Notes: a model not told the origin generated them from the sequence alone. Positions 20,480 through 29,995 are shown, counted from the stretch's first letter. The stretch is DNA of 64,000 bases from Candidatus Obscuribacteraceae bacterium (GCA_044226015.1 JBGAHS010000010.1:348793-412792); one strand, 5' to 3'. Program-made: numbers and translations.

Positions 20480-21562
20480 CTAGCCATTTACGAGGCGAGT
20501 CTGTAAATCCTTGATTGCCAGTTCGCCTCGTTTGAAGCTGACAACAGATTCAAACTCAATCCATCCACGCTCGGGCAGCCCTTTCTTTACGAGCTGATCA
20601 ACCATCGTCGTAATGTGTTCGCTCGCCGTAGCGAATGCTTCATTTTCCGCTGAGTGCGCTCGTACCAGTACACCTACAGCTTTTCCCTCTGCATTCAACA
20701 TCGGTCCGCCAGAGCAGCCCGACCACGAGGGCATCGCGGTTCTAATCCAGCCAATAGGCTTATTGCTCAGACCGTTTGGATTCAGTCCCAAATCAATCGA
20801 ACCGAACTTTCCCGCAGACAAAGCAGCCTCATTCCCTTGTGGAAAGCCCAGTGCATAAATAGGATCGCGCCTTTGCATCGTTGTGGCTGATGCTAGTTCA
20901 AAGCGCGAAACCTGGTTTCCTACTTCACTTACGCGCAATAGTGCCAGGTCTTCATTAGCGGCTCGAGCAATTAGTCGAGCAGGGTGTAGAGTTCCGTCTG
21001 GCAGCATGGTCATTATGTTTGAGGACACCTTCATGTCGTTGGCAATGCCGTGGTTTGCACTGACCATCAAGCCATCATCTATGAAAAAGCCCGTGCTAAC
21101 TTTGTTTTCAATGTGAACCTGCATAATGCCATCTGACTTTTGCCAGAGTTTTGCTTCAATATTTCCTGGAACTCTGGATATTTCCATAACGTAAGGAAAG
21201 GCATAGTCAGCCGAATGAGCATCAATCATCAGATGTGGAACTTGAACCTTGGAAGCCGTCGCGCCAGCTTGCGCGCTTATTTCCCGACCATCTATAAACT
21301 CGATGCTGGAAGACAGTGACTTAGCTCTCGCGCTAGTCTCAACACCAGCAATAGTTTCCAGCTGCTGGGGGAGAGGAGGTCTATGAATGTTTCCAAGCAA
21401 TTTTCCCGGCATCCCCGTCAACTGCGCTGCTTCCAGCTGCATGCCGAGGGCAGATTTGGGCTGCAATTCCAGTAAAGCTGTTTCCAGCGCACGCCCGCGC
21501 CCTTGCGTCAACATAAATTTGCCTGCAAGGTTTTCTGCAATTGCCAAAGCGGGTCGTAGCAT
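20480..21562 (-). CDS. Trypsin-like (S1) serine protease
   Basis: STGFFI, SANHG (His), EDLALL (Asp), GCSGGP (Ser). Confidence 0.88.
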   Translation of the reverse strand: MLRPALAIAENLAGKFMLTQGRGRALETALLELQPKSALGMQLEAAQLTGMPGKLLGNIHRPPLPQQLETIAGVETSARAKSLSSSIEFIDGREISAQAGATASKVQVPHLMIDAHSADYAFPYVMEISRVPGNIEAKLWQKSDGIMQVHIENKVSTGFFIDDGLMVSANHGIANDMKVSSNIMTMLPDGTLHPARLIARAANEDLALLRVSEVGNQVSRFELASATTMQRRDPIYALGFPQGNEAALSAGKFGSIDLGLNPNGLSNKPIGWIRTAMPSWSGCSGGPMLNAEGKAVGVLVRAHSAENEAFATASEHITTMVDQLVKKGLPERGWIEFESVVSFKRGELAIKDLQTRLVNG

Positions 21563-21594
21563 TGATTCACCAGAGCTATCAAAAGCACTATAAG

Positions 21595-21796
21595 TGTCCC
21601 GCCTCTCTGCTTATAGGGATTTAGCACCACTGCTACGTGCGCAAAACCACAGGTCAGCTAATTTCACTTCGGCGTCGCGATAGGCGGCTTTCGCGCTGGC
21701 TAGATGGCGAAACTTAAGAGCCGCAGGATGGCGCCGGTCCCAGTCCGACTTTTGTCGCAGTGAATAACTCGAAGACTGAAGTGGAAGGTGGGGACG
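21595..21796 (+). ncRNA. ssrS: Probable 6S RNA (SsrS/SsaA-like)
   Basis: ~200-nt intergenic rod: closing stem GTCCCGCCT(21596-604)/AGGTGGGGAC(21786-95); CACTGC(21628-33)/GCAGTG(21757-62); unpaired central bubble; TCGGCGTC(21669-76)/GGCGCCGG(21730-37); GCGGCTT(21684-90)/GAGCCGC(21718-24). G-U pairs favour the + strand. Confidence 0.62.
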
Positions 21797-21957
21797 GTAG
21801 CCTCATTTCCTCAGTTGCGAACTTAGTGACATGAGGACGGAAAATCCCAAAATTAATTGAGCTAGATTTCAACAGCTCGGTTAGAATGGCAAATATTAAT
21901 TTCGTTTGATCTATTCTGGCTTAGGGCACTAAGGGTCTAGATAAGCCTTGGAGGCGA

Positions 21958-22665
21958 GTGATGTTGTTGAAGAAAAGTGCGGTTCTGCTCCTTCTAGCCC
22001 TGGGAATTGGTGCTCCTGCATCGTTCTCTCAAGACCAGAAGCCGTTCGAGCTCGGAGTAGAGCAGAGAAACTTTCTTCCCGGCGAGCAACCTGCTGTTCC
22101 TCAGTATGGCAAGCCGATGATGATCGGACCGCCGCCAGTGACTGATACACATAAGACTCCGCCGCCCAAGAAAGAAAAGAAAATTAAAGCTTCTATTGAA
22201 CAGACTGCTCCTCCTCCTCCGCTGCAACGAATGCAGCCACAGCCTCAGCAACAGATGATGCAACCGGTGCAGGGAGTCTTGCCGCCACAATTTCTTGGAC
22301 GCTGGCAGGTGCTGGGTAATCGCAGCTCAGTAGAGGCGCAACCGCAATATCAATCTGGAATGGATAGCATCTTTTCGATGACCACATCTAATATGTGGAA
22401 CATTCAAGGCACTCCAGAGCAAGGTTACATGCTGAGCACCGACACAGGTGTGTCGACACCACTGATGGTGCAGACGCAAGGTAATACAGCAATTCTTCGC
22501 TATCAGCATCCCATACGAAACACCGTTGCACAAGAAGCGCTGGTTATGCAGCTTGGCCCGAATGGCGCCCAATTTGAGGGGCTGGAACGCATCAGCATTG
22601 TAAAACAGGGTGAGCCTGGACCTCGAGCCAAGGTGACTTACAAACTTATTGGTCGCAGGCAATAA
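21958..22665 (+). CDS. Exported protein, Pro-rich linker plus beta-rich C-terminal domain (paralog 1 of tandem pair)
   Basis: Signal peptide; GGAGG RBS; C-terminal ~130 aa closely similar to the next gene. Confidence 0.8.
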   Translation: MMLLKKSAVLLLLALGIGAPASFSQDQKPFELGVEQRNFLPGEQPAVPQYGKPMMIGPPPVTDTHKTPPPKKEKKIKASIEQTAPPPPLQRMQPQPQQQMMQPVQGVLPPQFLGRWQVLGNRSSVEAQPQYQSGMDSIFSMTTSNMWNIQGTPEQGYMLSTDTGVSTPLMVQTQGNTAILRYQHPIRNTVAQEALVMQLGPNGAQFEGLERISIVKQGEPGPRAKVTYKLIGRRQ

Positions 22666-22700
22666 AATCCGTCTATAACTTTTTAAGGCTAACTAAAAGC

Positions 22701-23432
22701 ATGCCGCTCTGCAAAGGTGAATCCATGAATCATGCTCGTCTTCCCCTGGTGTTGGCGATGCTTTCAAGTACGTTGGTTCATTCTCAGGTCTCTTTCGCCG
22801 AAGATGGAACCTTGCTCAAAGGTGGTGTTAAGGATGGTGCTTACATTTCGGCACCAGCGGTTCAGCCCTATGGTACACCGCAGTATGCCAAGCCACAGTT
22901 TGTAGGTCCGCCGAAAATTCAAAAGGCAGCAATACAGACCTCTGTAACTAAACCAAAACCGCCTTTGCCGAAGCCAACACCTAAGCCGATTGTGAAACCT
23001 GTCGTGAGACCGGCACCGGTCAGAATGGCTCCGAAAGAGGACGTTCTTCCGCCTCAGTTCTTGGGCAGATGGAGCGTTAGCGGACAACGTTCGAGCATGG
23101 AAGGTCAGCCTCAATATCAAAGCGCGCTGGGTGGAATTTTTGCAGCCACCACCAGCAATACCTGGAACGTAACTGGTGATCCAGACCAGGGTTACCTGCT
23201 GACGACAGATTCTGGTGTGTCAACACCGCTAAGCGTTCACATGGAAAACGCCCAGACTGCAGTTCTTCAGTACAAGCATCCAATAAATAAAACGCTGGCG
23301 CTTGAAGCAGTAGTTTTGCAATTAAACCCGGGCGGAACTAGTTTCAGCGGCTTAGAGCGCATCTCTATTGTGAAACCTGGCGAGCCTGCACCGCGTGCGA
23401 AGGTTACTTACAAATTGTTCGGACGAAAATAA
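22701..23432 (+). CDS. Exported protein, paralog 2 of tandem pair (start may be ATG 22726)
   Basis: Shares VLPPQFLGRW, QPQYQS, GVSTPL, GLERISIVK.GEP.PRAKVTYKL.GR with the previous gene. Confidence 0.8.
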   Translation: MPLCKGESMNHARLPLVLAMLSSTLVHSQVSFAEDGTLLKGGVKDGAYISAPAVQPYGTPQYAKPQFVGPPKIQKAAIQTSVTKPKPPLPKPTPKPIVKPVVRPAPVRMAPKEDVLPPQFLGRWSVSGQRSSMEGQPQYQSALGGIFAATTSNTWNVTGDPDQGYLLTTDSGVSTPLSVHMENAQTAVLQYKHPINKTLALEAVVLQLNPGGTSFSGLERISIVKPGEPAPRAKVTYKLFGRK

Positions 23433-23455
23433 GCGCGACAGATAACTATAACTAA

Positions 23456-23875
23456 CTACTGACCCATGATGAGTGCATTGTGTATGTTGTCTTTGAGTTC
23501 TTCCCTGCAGCCTTCTAAATCTTGAATAAGTTGTTGTGCGGTTTTGAGCGCCTGTTCTATGCGATCAGCACTGGCATTGAGAAATCTGTCATCAGGTTTA
23601 CCCTTTGACTTCGCAAATTCGCGGTCGACCTGTTGTACTTGCCGCAAGCTTTTGTCCAGATCTCTGGCTATCTGTTTTACTTCTTTCAACGAGTCATTTA
23701 TGTGTGAGCCGGAGGAATCTGCACCACGATTCAAATTCAAAACCATAAACTCTTCACGTGTGAACTGTCTATCTGCGGGGGGTGGTTTTACGTTTCCAGC
23801 AAGGGCTTCTGTGCCAAGGCTTCCAATAGCCAGGCTGATCATTGCAACTGCGACAGAACCTTTTCGTATATTCAT
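23456..23875 (-). CDS. Putative exported coiled-coil/helical protein
   Basis: Signal peptide ending ALA; two long heptad helices. Confidence 0.7.
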   Translation of the reverse strand: MNIRKGSVAVAMISLAIGSLGTEALAGNVKPPPADRQFTREEFMVLNLNRGADSSGSHINDSLKEVKQIARDLDKSLRQVQQVDREFAKSKGKPDDRFLNASADRIEQALKTAQQLIQDLEGCREELKDNIHNALIMGQ

Positions 23876-23926
23876 TAAATCCCCCGGGAGATTTGCATAG
23901 ACATTTCACTTGCAAGGTAAGATTAC

Positions 23927-25252
23927 ATGATTGAAAACAAAAAGGGAAACTTGCTGGTGTCTACAGTTTTAAAAATCGGCACAATTCACCTTGCCATCGT
24001 TTTTGCAAGCTCCATAGGGTTGTTGGAGTTCTTTTCCACGCCGTCATCTGCTGCGGCAACAGCATCTGCAGACACCGCATCTGGTGGCGAGTTTGTAGAT
24101 CTGCAGACCCGACCTAGCACCGGACTTGAACCGCAACTTCAAGTGGCAAGTTCGGGTGAACTGCTCAGGCGCGGAATGGACGAAATGAATCGACAGTTTT
24201 ATGAGGCTGCGACTAAAGACTTTCGCGAGGTCTTGCGAAGAGAACCTGAAAATCTTGTTGCGCGAAATAACTTAGCTGTTGCACTGAAGAAGCAAGGGCA
24301 GCTAGAAGAAGCATTGGCTGAATACAAGAAAATTATTGAACAAAACCCAAATCGTGCAGAGTTGCATAACAATTTGGCATGCGCATATATGGCACAGGGC
24401 GATTTTCCCAAGGCGATGGAATCACTCTATCAGGCGATACATCTGAAGCCCGGCTATTTCGATGCGCGGTATAACCTCGCACACTTGCTCTTTCTCAATG
24501 GCGACAATGATGCTGCTATTGAGCAATATCAGGAAGCGGCGAAAGCGAACCCTAATTCTTCGATCACTCACCGAGACTTTGGCGATGCTCTGCGGGCTGG
24601 GGGGCAGATCAAACAGTCGATAATTGAGTACAAAACAGCGCAGAGGCTTGGTGATAATTCCACGCTGATTCTCGTGAAGCTCGGTCGAGCTGAGAAGGAT
24701 GCAAAAGAACTCGCGGAGGCGCAAAAAACCTTAGAACAGGCATTGCAGCGCGAGCCGAAGAATACTGAGGTTTTGAATTTGCTGGGCTTGGTGTCGTGGA
24801 GAGCGAAGCGCTTGCATGACGCGCAGTCGTATTTTGAGAAGGCGCTTGATATTGACCCCAAATATCCGCAGGCGAGAAACAATTTAGGTATGGTCTTGTA
24901 CGCGCTGCATCGGTATGATGACGCCGTCACTGTATGGCGACAGGCACTGAATCTGAAACCTGATTATGCCGAAGTTCACTTCAATATGGGTGCTGCGCTC
25001 TATCGTGCTGGTTTGTATAAGCCAGCAGCGGAAGCCTACGGCGAAAGCTTGAAGTATCACCCTGACGATGCTCTTGCTCATAACAATCGCGGATTGGCAC
25101 TTGCGAAGGTCGGTGAGAAGCAAGCCGCAATTGAAGAGTGGCGGAAGGCTTTGCAAATAAATCCAAACATGGGTCAGGCTCATGTGAACCTTGGGCGGCA
25201 ATTGATTCTGGATGCGCCAGCTCCAAAAGATGACATACATGAAAGCGGTTAA
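23927..25252 (+). CDS. Tetratricopeptide repeat protein, N-terminally anchored or exported
   Basis: About 10 TPR units (ARNNLAVAL, LHNNLACAY, ARYNLAHLL, AHNNRGLAL). Confidence 0.92.
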   Translation: MIENKKGNLLVSTVLKIGTIHLAIVFASSIGLLEFFSTPSSAAATASADTASGGEFVDLQTRPSTGLEPQLQVASSGELLRRGMDEMNRQFYEAATKDFREVLRREPENLVARNNLAVALKKQGQLEEALAEYKKIIEQNPNRAELHNNLACAYMAQGDFPKAMESLYQAIHLKPGYFDARYNLAHLLFLNGDNDAAIEQYQEAAKANPNSSITHRDFGDALRAGGQIKQSIIEYKTAQRLGDNSTLILVKLGRAEKDAKELAEAQKTLEQALQREPKNTEVLNLLGLVSWRAKRLHDAQSYFEKALDIDPKYPQARNNLGMVLYALHRYDDAVTVWRQALNLKPDYAEVHFNMGAALYRAGLYKPAAEAYGESLKYHPDDALAHNNRGLALAKVGEKQAAIEEWRKALQINPNMGQAHVNLGRQLILDAPAPKDDIHESG

Positions 25253-25308
25253 GTAATTAAAAAAACGTCCTGCGGTATCATTTAGTCCGTACAGGTCTGA
25301 CTTGGAGT

Positions 25309-25710
25309 TTGGTACAGATGGACGGGACAGAACATTTCGACTTAGCAGCTACTATGGACGCCATCACACAGGGGATTGTCTCGATTGTCTGCCGTATAGG
25401 GTTCGAAGCTGCGGTTCATGGGCTCGTACTTGCTGGGGTGGTCCTGGCTGCATCGCTTTTCTATGCAACCAGGAAGCATCGCTTCGCCAAACCGCTGGTC
25501 ACAGTGGCTAAGAAGCTCTCTATCTTCTGCGCTATCATTGCTATTCCGGGAGTAATAAGCCTGGTCAGCACCGGAAAGTTGCCGCCGATCAATTCCTTAC
25601 AGCTTTCTTCTGTAGGCTTGATCGGATTCTGGACTCTCGTGACTCTGCACCTTTGCATGGAAGAAATCAATTTCCAGTTGATTCAATCTCGTGGAAGTCA
25701 GAAAGGCTAG
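25309..25710 (+). CDS. Small hypothetical membrane protein (3 TM)
   Basis: 133-aa ORF with three hydrophobic segments. Confidence 0.7.
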   Translation: MVQMDGTEHFDLAATMDAITQGIVSIVCRIGFEAAVHGLVLAGVVLAASLFYATRKHRFAKPLVTVAKKLSIFCAIIAIPGVISLVSTGKLPPINSLQLSSVGLIGFWTLVTLHLCMEEINFQLIQSRGSQKG

Positions 25711-25931
25711 AAGTTCCTCCGGGAAGTACTGTCCTGCTGTTCTGTGGGGATCTTGTCGACTAAATTCTGTTAGCTTTCTTCCAAGATTTTTTTTCGCTGT
25801 TGGAAAACGCTGGATTCCACTTTTGTTGCTAGATGCTCCTGTCTGGCTTGGCTCTTTGCTGTTTTCTTGGTCTATTTGTGGGGTACTTTTTCCAATCGCG
25901 TTGTTGGAATGCATAGCGATATCTTGAAATC

Positions 25932-26166
25932 ATTGCAGCCCCCCCAGCAGCAAGTAAACAAATTGACCGAGCCCCAACCCCCCCCTCAAAGGCTCGTCAA
26001 TGGAAGGAAGGAGACAACATCCCCCCCACGTTGTCGCCTCAAAAAAAGAAAGCAGCTACCGCTGTCCGGACTAGTAAGCCACCCCGAAAGTTGAGCCCCC
26101 CCTCTCCAACTCGGATTTACTAATTGTTCGGCTACCTGAGTCCAGGCGGTAGCTGTTTTTTTTTTT
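25932..26166 (+). ncRNA. Candidate small RNA with four C-rich-loop hairpins (6C-like) and U-tail
   Basis: C7 (25939-45), C8 (25978-85), C7 (26021-27) and C7 (26096-102) tracts each lie in a hairpin loop; final 10-bp stem 26053-62/26146-55 followed by T11. Confidence 0.7.
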
Positions 26167-26287
26167 GCCTATATTGAGCAAATTAAATGACTAAAAGCCC
26201 CGCACGTGCGAGACTTCCATTGGCGTTTGGGGATTCAGCAGCAATAGCCGCTGAGCAGGTTGGCTAGCCTTCGGGCTAGGTTGGAAT

Positions 26288-27703
26288 ATGGATATGGGCA
26301 TGATCAAAAATTTGAAACTGGCAAAAATTCCATTTGTAGGAATGTCGTTTTTTGCAACTACTATTCTTTCGATGCCGTTCGCTCATGGTGAGTCCACCGA
26401 CAGCATTCACTGCTATGTCACAAGCAATGACAAAAAGTGCACAGAACAGGCTGCGTTGAACTTCAAATCTGCTGACGCAAATGGTGATGTTATCAGCATA
26501 GGAAACGAAAAGAAGCAAGAAATACTCGGCTTCGGTGGTGCGTTTACTGATGCTGCTTGTTACAACTTCAAAGATTTGTCTTCCGAATCGCGAAGCAAAC
26601 TTTTCAACAATCTCTTTTCTCCATCGGAATTGGGGCTCAACTTTTGTCGTATCTGTGTAGGCGCGAGCGACTATGCGACCAAAGCCTATAGTTATGATGA
26701 AGGTGAACCAGATCCTGAGATGAAGCGCTTTTCCATAGCACATGATACTCAGTGGATTTTGCCGGCGCTAAAGGAAGCGCGCAAGGTGAACCCAGATATC
26801 TTTTTGCTTGCGTCACCCTGGAGCCCGCCAGGATGGATGAAACCTAACAACTCGATGTTGGGTGGCAACATACAAAGAAAGAGCTTTGAACCTTATTCCA
26901 AGTACTTCATTCGTTTTCTGAAGGCTTACGAAGAGGCAGGCGTGCCAGTTAATGCTGTCACTGTGCAAAATGAAGTTGATACGGATCAAGATAGTCGCAT
27001 GCCAGCATGTTTGTGGCCGCAAGAGTACGAAATGGATTTTGTCAGACAGTTTCTTGGACCTTCCATTCAAAAAGAAAATCTCAAAACTAAGGTCTGGATT
27101 ATCGACCACAACTATAATCTCTGGGGCAGAGCAATTGACGAGCTTGAAGGCGACGACATGCTCAAGTACGTCGGTGGAATTGCATGGCATGGATACGTGG
27201 GTTCGCCTACTCTGATGACCAGAGTTCACAATGCGTTTCCTCAGGTTGATATGTACTGGACTGAAGGCGGACCTGACGTCACTCAGCCAGACTACAAAAC
27301 AGATTGGGTTAAGTGGTCAACTTCGTTCTCTGGAATTTTGAATAACTGGTGCCGCGGCATTATCGCGTGGAATCTGGCTCTGGATGAAGAGGGTAAGCCA
27401 AACATAGGACCATTCCCTTGTGGTGGCATGGTTACAATCAACTCCAAAACAAAGGATATTTCCTACAGCGGACAGTATTGGGCGATGTCTCAATATTCTA
27501 GATTTATCAAGCGTGGTGCACATGTGCTCAACAGTGAAACCAATGCGAAGGATTTGTCGGTTATGGCTGCAGAAAATCCTGATGGAAAGACTGTACTTGT
27601 TGCCACCAATGGCGGTGGCTCACGAAAAGTGTCTCTGAAGGTGAAAGGCAAAGTAGCTGAATTGCAGCTAGATCCTAATTCCGTTTCTACCTTCGTTTGG
27701 TAA
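26288..27703 (+). CDS. Glycoside hydrolase family 30 (glucosylceramidase/SrfJ-like), exported
   Basis: QEILGFGGAFTDAA, LASPWSPPGWMK, TVQNE (acid/base), IIDHN, YWTEG (nucleophile), WNLALD. Confidence 0.92.
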   Translation: MDMGMIKNLKLAKIPFVGMSFFATTILSMPFAHGESTDSIHCYVTSNDKKCTEQAALNFKSADANGDVISIGNEKKQEILGFGGAFTDAACYNFKDLSSESRSKLFNNLFSPSELGLNFCRICVGASDYATKAYSYDEGEPDPEMKRFSIAHDTQWILPALKEARKVNPDIFLLASPWSPPGWMKPNNSMLGGNIQRKSFEPYSKYFIRFLKAYEEAGVPVNAVTVQNEVDTDQDSRMPACLWPQEYEMDFVRQFLGPSIQKENLKTKVWIIDHNYNLWGRAIDELEGDDMLKYVGGIAWHGYVGSPTLMTRVHNAFPQVDMYWTEGGPDVTQPDYKTDWVKWSTSFSGILNNWCRGIIAWNLALDEEGKPNIGPFPCGGMVTINSKTKDISYSGQYWAMSQYSRFIKRGAHVLNSETNAKDLSVMAAENPDGKTVLVATNGGGSRKVSLKVKGKVAELQLDPNSVSTFVW

Positions 27704-27740
27704 CTCGTGTACAATTGAAGTGAGATGCCGAGGATGCCTT

Positions 27741-28448
27741 ATGAATCTTAAATTGCTCAGCTTTTCAGTTCTGATGGCTGGCTTGCTTGCGCAAACATCA
27801 GTCTATGCGCAATATGGACAGTCTGGCTATTACGGCAATTCCACCAACCGATACCCTAACGTGTTGCCGACCAGCGGTGTGATGGGACCAAACATGCAGA
27901 CCTACTCTCAGTATGGTCGAAACCCAGCCACTGGCGGCTATGGCGGATATGGTGGCTATTATGGTCAATATCCTTATGCAAATCAGCCTGGCTACGGCTA
28001 CTACACTGCCAGCCCGTACCTGAATTCTTATCCTGCACTTGGTTCTCCCGTTCCTGTTAACGGTGGAATGTTCAGGTTCAACATCGGTGGCTTCTCTGGT
28101 TCTTACTGGAGAGCGCCTTCCGGTTACTACTATCCATGGGGTGCCGGCGCTGTATTTGCTACTCCGGCACCAGTGATTATCGTTAATAATGGAAGCTCTC
28201 AGGTGGCGCAGCCTCCTGTTGGTGATTTATTCAAGGACATGAGTTCCTATATAGAGGATCAAAACACCAAGAAGAAGCTTAAGCCCGACGATTACCAGCA
28301 TCTGGCGCGTCGACTCCGTGACCTGCAGGGAATGGAAGCTTCGATGCGGACAAGGAACAATGGTTCTCTTGACCCTGATGATGAGGAAACTCTTCGTAAG
28401 GATGCGGCTATGTTGTCTGGGGATATAAGTAGAAGAATCCTACCCTAG
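27741..28448 (+). CDS. Exported hypothetical protein with Tyr/Gly-rich N-terminal half and helical C-terminus
   Basis: GAGGA RBS before ATG 27741; signal peptide ending VYA-Q. Confidence 0.75.
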   Translation: MNLKLLSFSVLMAGLLAQTSVYAQYGQSGYYGNSTNRYPNVLPTSGVMGPNMQTYSQYGRNPATGGYGGYGGYYGQYPYANQPGYGYYTASPYLNSYPALGSPVPVNGGMFRFNIGGFSGSYWRAPSGYYYPWGAGAVFATPAPVIIVNNGSSQVAQPPVGDLFKDMSSYIEDQNTKKKLKPDDYQHLARRLRDLQGMEASMRTRNNGSLDPDDEETLRKDAAMLSGDISRRILP

Positions 28449-28513
28449 CGGGCAGCTTTTAGCTCTGAGAGCGCAGCCAACCTGGCTGCTTCGGTCTTCC
28501 AGTTGGCGCTAGC

Positions 28514-29158
28514 TCAGGCGTTTACGCCCTCTGGTTTCACTATCTCCATAACGTACTTGCGTAGTTCTTCTTGCACCATGTGCATCGCTGCGGCTGCATC
28601 CAGAATGCGCCATCTATCTGGATCTTGCTTAGACAATTCCAGATAGCCGCTGCGTACTTTGTGGTGGAAGTCGATAGCTTCGCGTTCCAATCGATCATGA
28701 CCGCTCGGGTGCAAGCGTGCCAGTCCGGCGCTGCTCTCTATGTCGAACAGAATTGTGCGGACAGGTTTTAATCCCTGGGTAGCAACTTCGTTGATTTGCT
28801 CAATTAGATTGAGATCAATGCCTCTTCCATAGCCCTGGTATGCAAGAGTAGAGTCCGTGTATCTGTCACAGAAAACAACTTTGCCTTCTTCGAGATTTGG
28901 CAAAATGATTTCGGAAACGTTTTGGGCTCGATCCGCCTCGTAGAGCAGCAGCTCTGCCACTGGACCGATAGTAGATTTTGCGTCAAGCAGAATTCGTCGA
29001 ATTGGTTTTCCTAAGGACGTGCCGCCTGGGTCTCTTGTGATTACGTGCGGAATGCCCTCATCGCTGAGGTACTTCGTGAGCAGCTTTAGCTGGGTTGTTT
29101 TACCAGCACCTTCTGGTCCTTCCAGTGTGATGAAAATACCTTTTTTCTTTGTCGCCAT
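28514..29158 (-). CDS. tmk: Thymidylate (dTMP) kinase
   Basis: FITLEGPEGAGKTT, TRDPGGT, ELLLYEADRAQ, CDRYTDSTLAYQGYGRG. Confidence 0.97.
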   Translation of the reverse strand: MATKKKGIFITLEGPEGAGKTTQLKLLTKYLSDEGIPHVITRDPGGTSLGKPIRRILLDAKSTIGPVAELLLYEADRAQNVSEIILPNLEEGKVVFCDRYTDSTLAYQGYGRGIDLNLIEQINEVATQGLKPVRTILFDIESSAGLARLHPSGHDRLEREAIDFHHKVRSGYLELSKQDPDRWRILDAAAAMHMVQEELRKYVMEIVKPEGVNA

Positions 29159-29188
29159 GTCTTCTATATCAATCGAGTAGTTGTATTT

Positions 29189-29797
29189 TTACTTGAGTAA
29201 GGCTTCTGTGTGCTTGACCAGATCTGCCTCTGAAGGAACACCCTCATTTTTCCAGGCGACTTTGCCTTTGGCATCTAGCATCATTATTGTTGGCATGACA
29301 TTGATGTTGTACTTCGTGGCCAGTGGTTTGCCTGTAGCTGACTCAACGTCGTAGTGTACGAATTTGACCTTTCCTTTGTAGGTTTCACCAACTTTGTCGA
29401 AGGTCGGTGCAAACTTCTTACAAGGAACGCACCATGATGCGCCAAAATCTATTACCTGCGGTGCCGCAGAGCTCACTTTGTCTGTGGCTTTTGCTGCCGG
29501 TTTGCTGTCGGTCTTGCTGCTTGCAGTTTTGCTCGTTGATTTTGAGTCGGCTGCTTTTACGTCAGTCTTTGTCTCTGTTTTAGTTGTCGTCTTCTTATCG
29601 GTTTTTGCGTCAACATTTGCAGATGCTTTCGTGCTTGAGCTGCTTGTTTTTGTTTCAGCCTTTACTTCGGATGGTGCTGCGATGCTGGGTTGGGAAGCAA
29701 GAGCAAGAAGGCTAACTGCAGTAAAAATTCCTGCCAAAGTCTGCTGCTGCAAATTGATTGATTTGATTAGCTTCATATGTCTAGCTCTGAGCCCCAT
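29189..29797 (-). CDS. Exported thioredoxin-family protein
   Basis: Signal peptide; Lys/Thr/Ser linker; DFGASWCVPCK; MPT cis-Pro. Confidence 0.9.
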   Translation of the reverse strand: MGLRARHMKLIKSINLQQQTLAGIFTAVSLLALASQPSIAAPSEVKAETKTSSSSTKASANVDAKTDKKTTTKTETKTDVKAADSKSTSKTASSKTDSKPAAKATDKVSSAAPQVIDFGASWCVPCKKFAPTFDKVGETYKGKVKFVHYDVESATGKPLATKYNINVMPTIMMLDAKGKVAWKNEGVPSEADLVKHTEALLK

Positions 29798-29995
29798 GAA
29801 AACAACGGATAACTTTGGGCTATTTTTTCATCTTTGCTAGTTCCCTACAAGCTTTCTGATTTCATTGAGGAAATTGCCTTGTTTGCAACGCTGCAGCCTG
29901 CTCTGTGCTATCATTTCAGGCTATCCAAACGAATTTCAGCTGGCGTCCCGTGTCCCCCGCGTCCCAGAGTGGTCGCGCTTCTGGAGGTTTCCGTT

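Noticed and set aside
25867..26094. 75-aa ORF over the C-rich region; also a G-quadruplex on the minus strand
   Set aside because: The ORF has a TTG start with no clear RBS and no recognisable features. The G tracts are far apart and separated by stable stems, and the long T tract points to a + strand RNA
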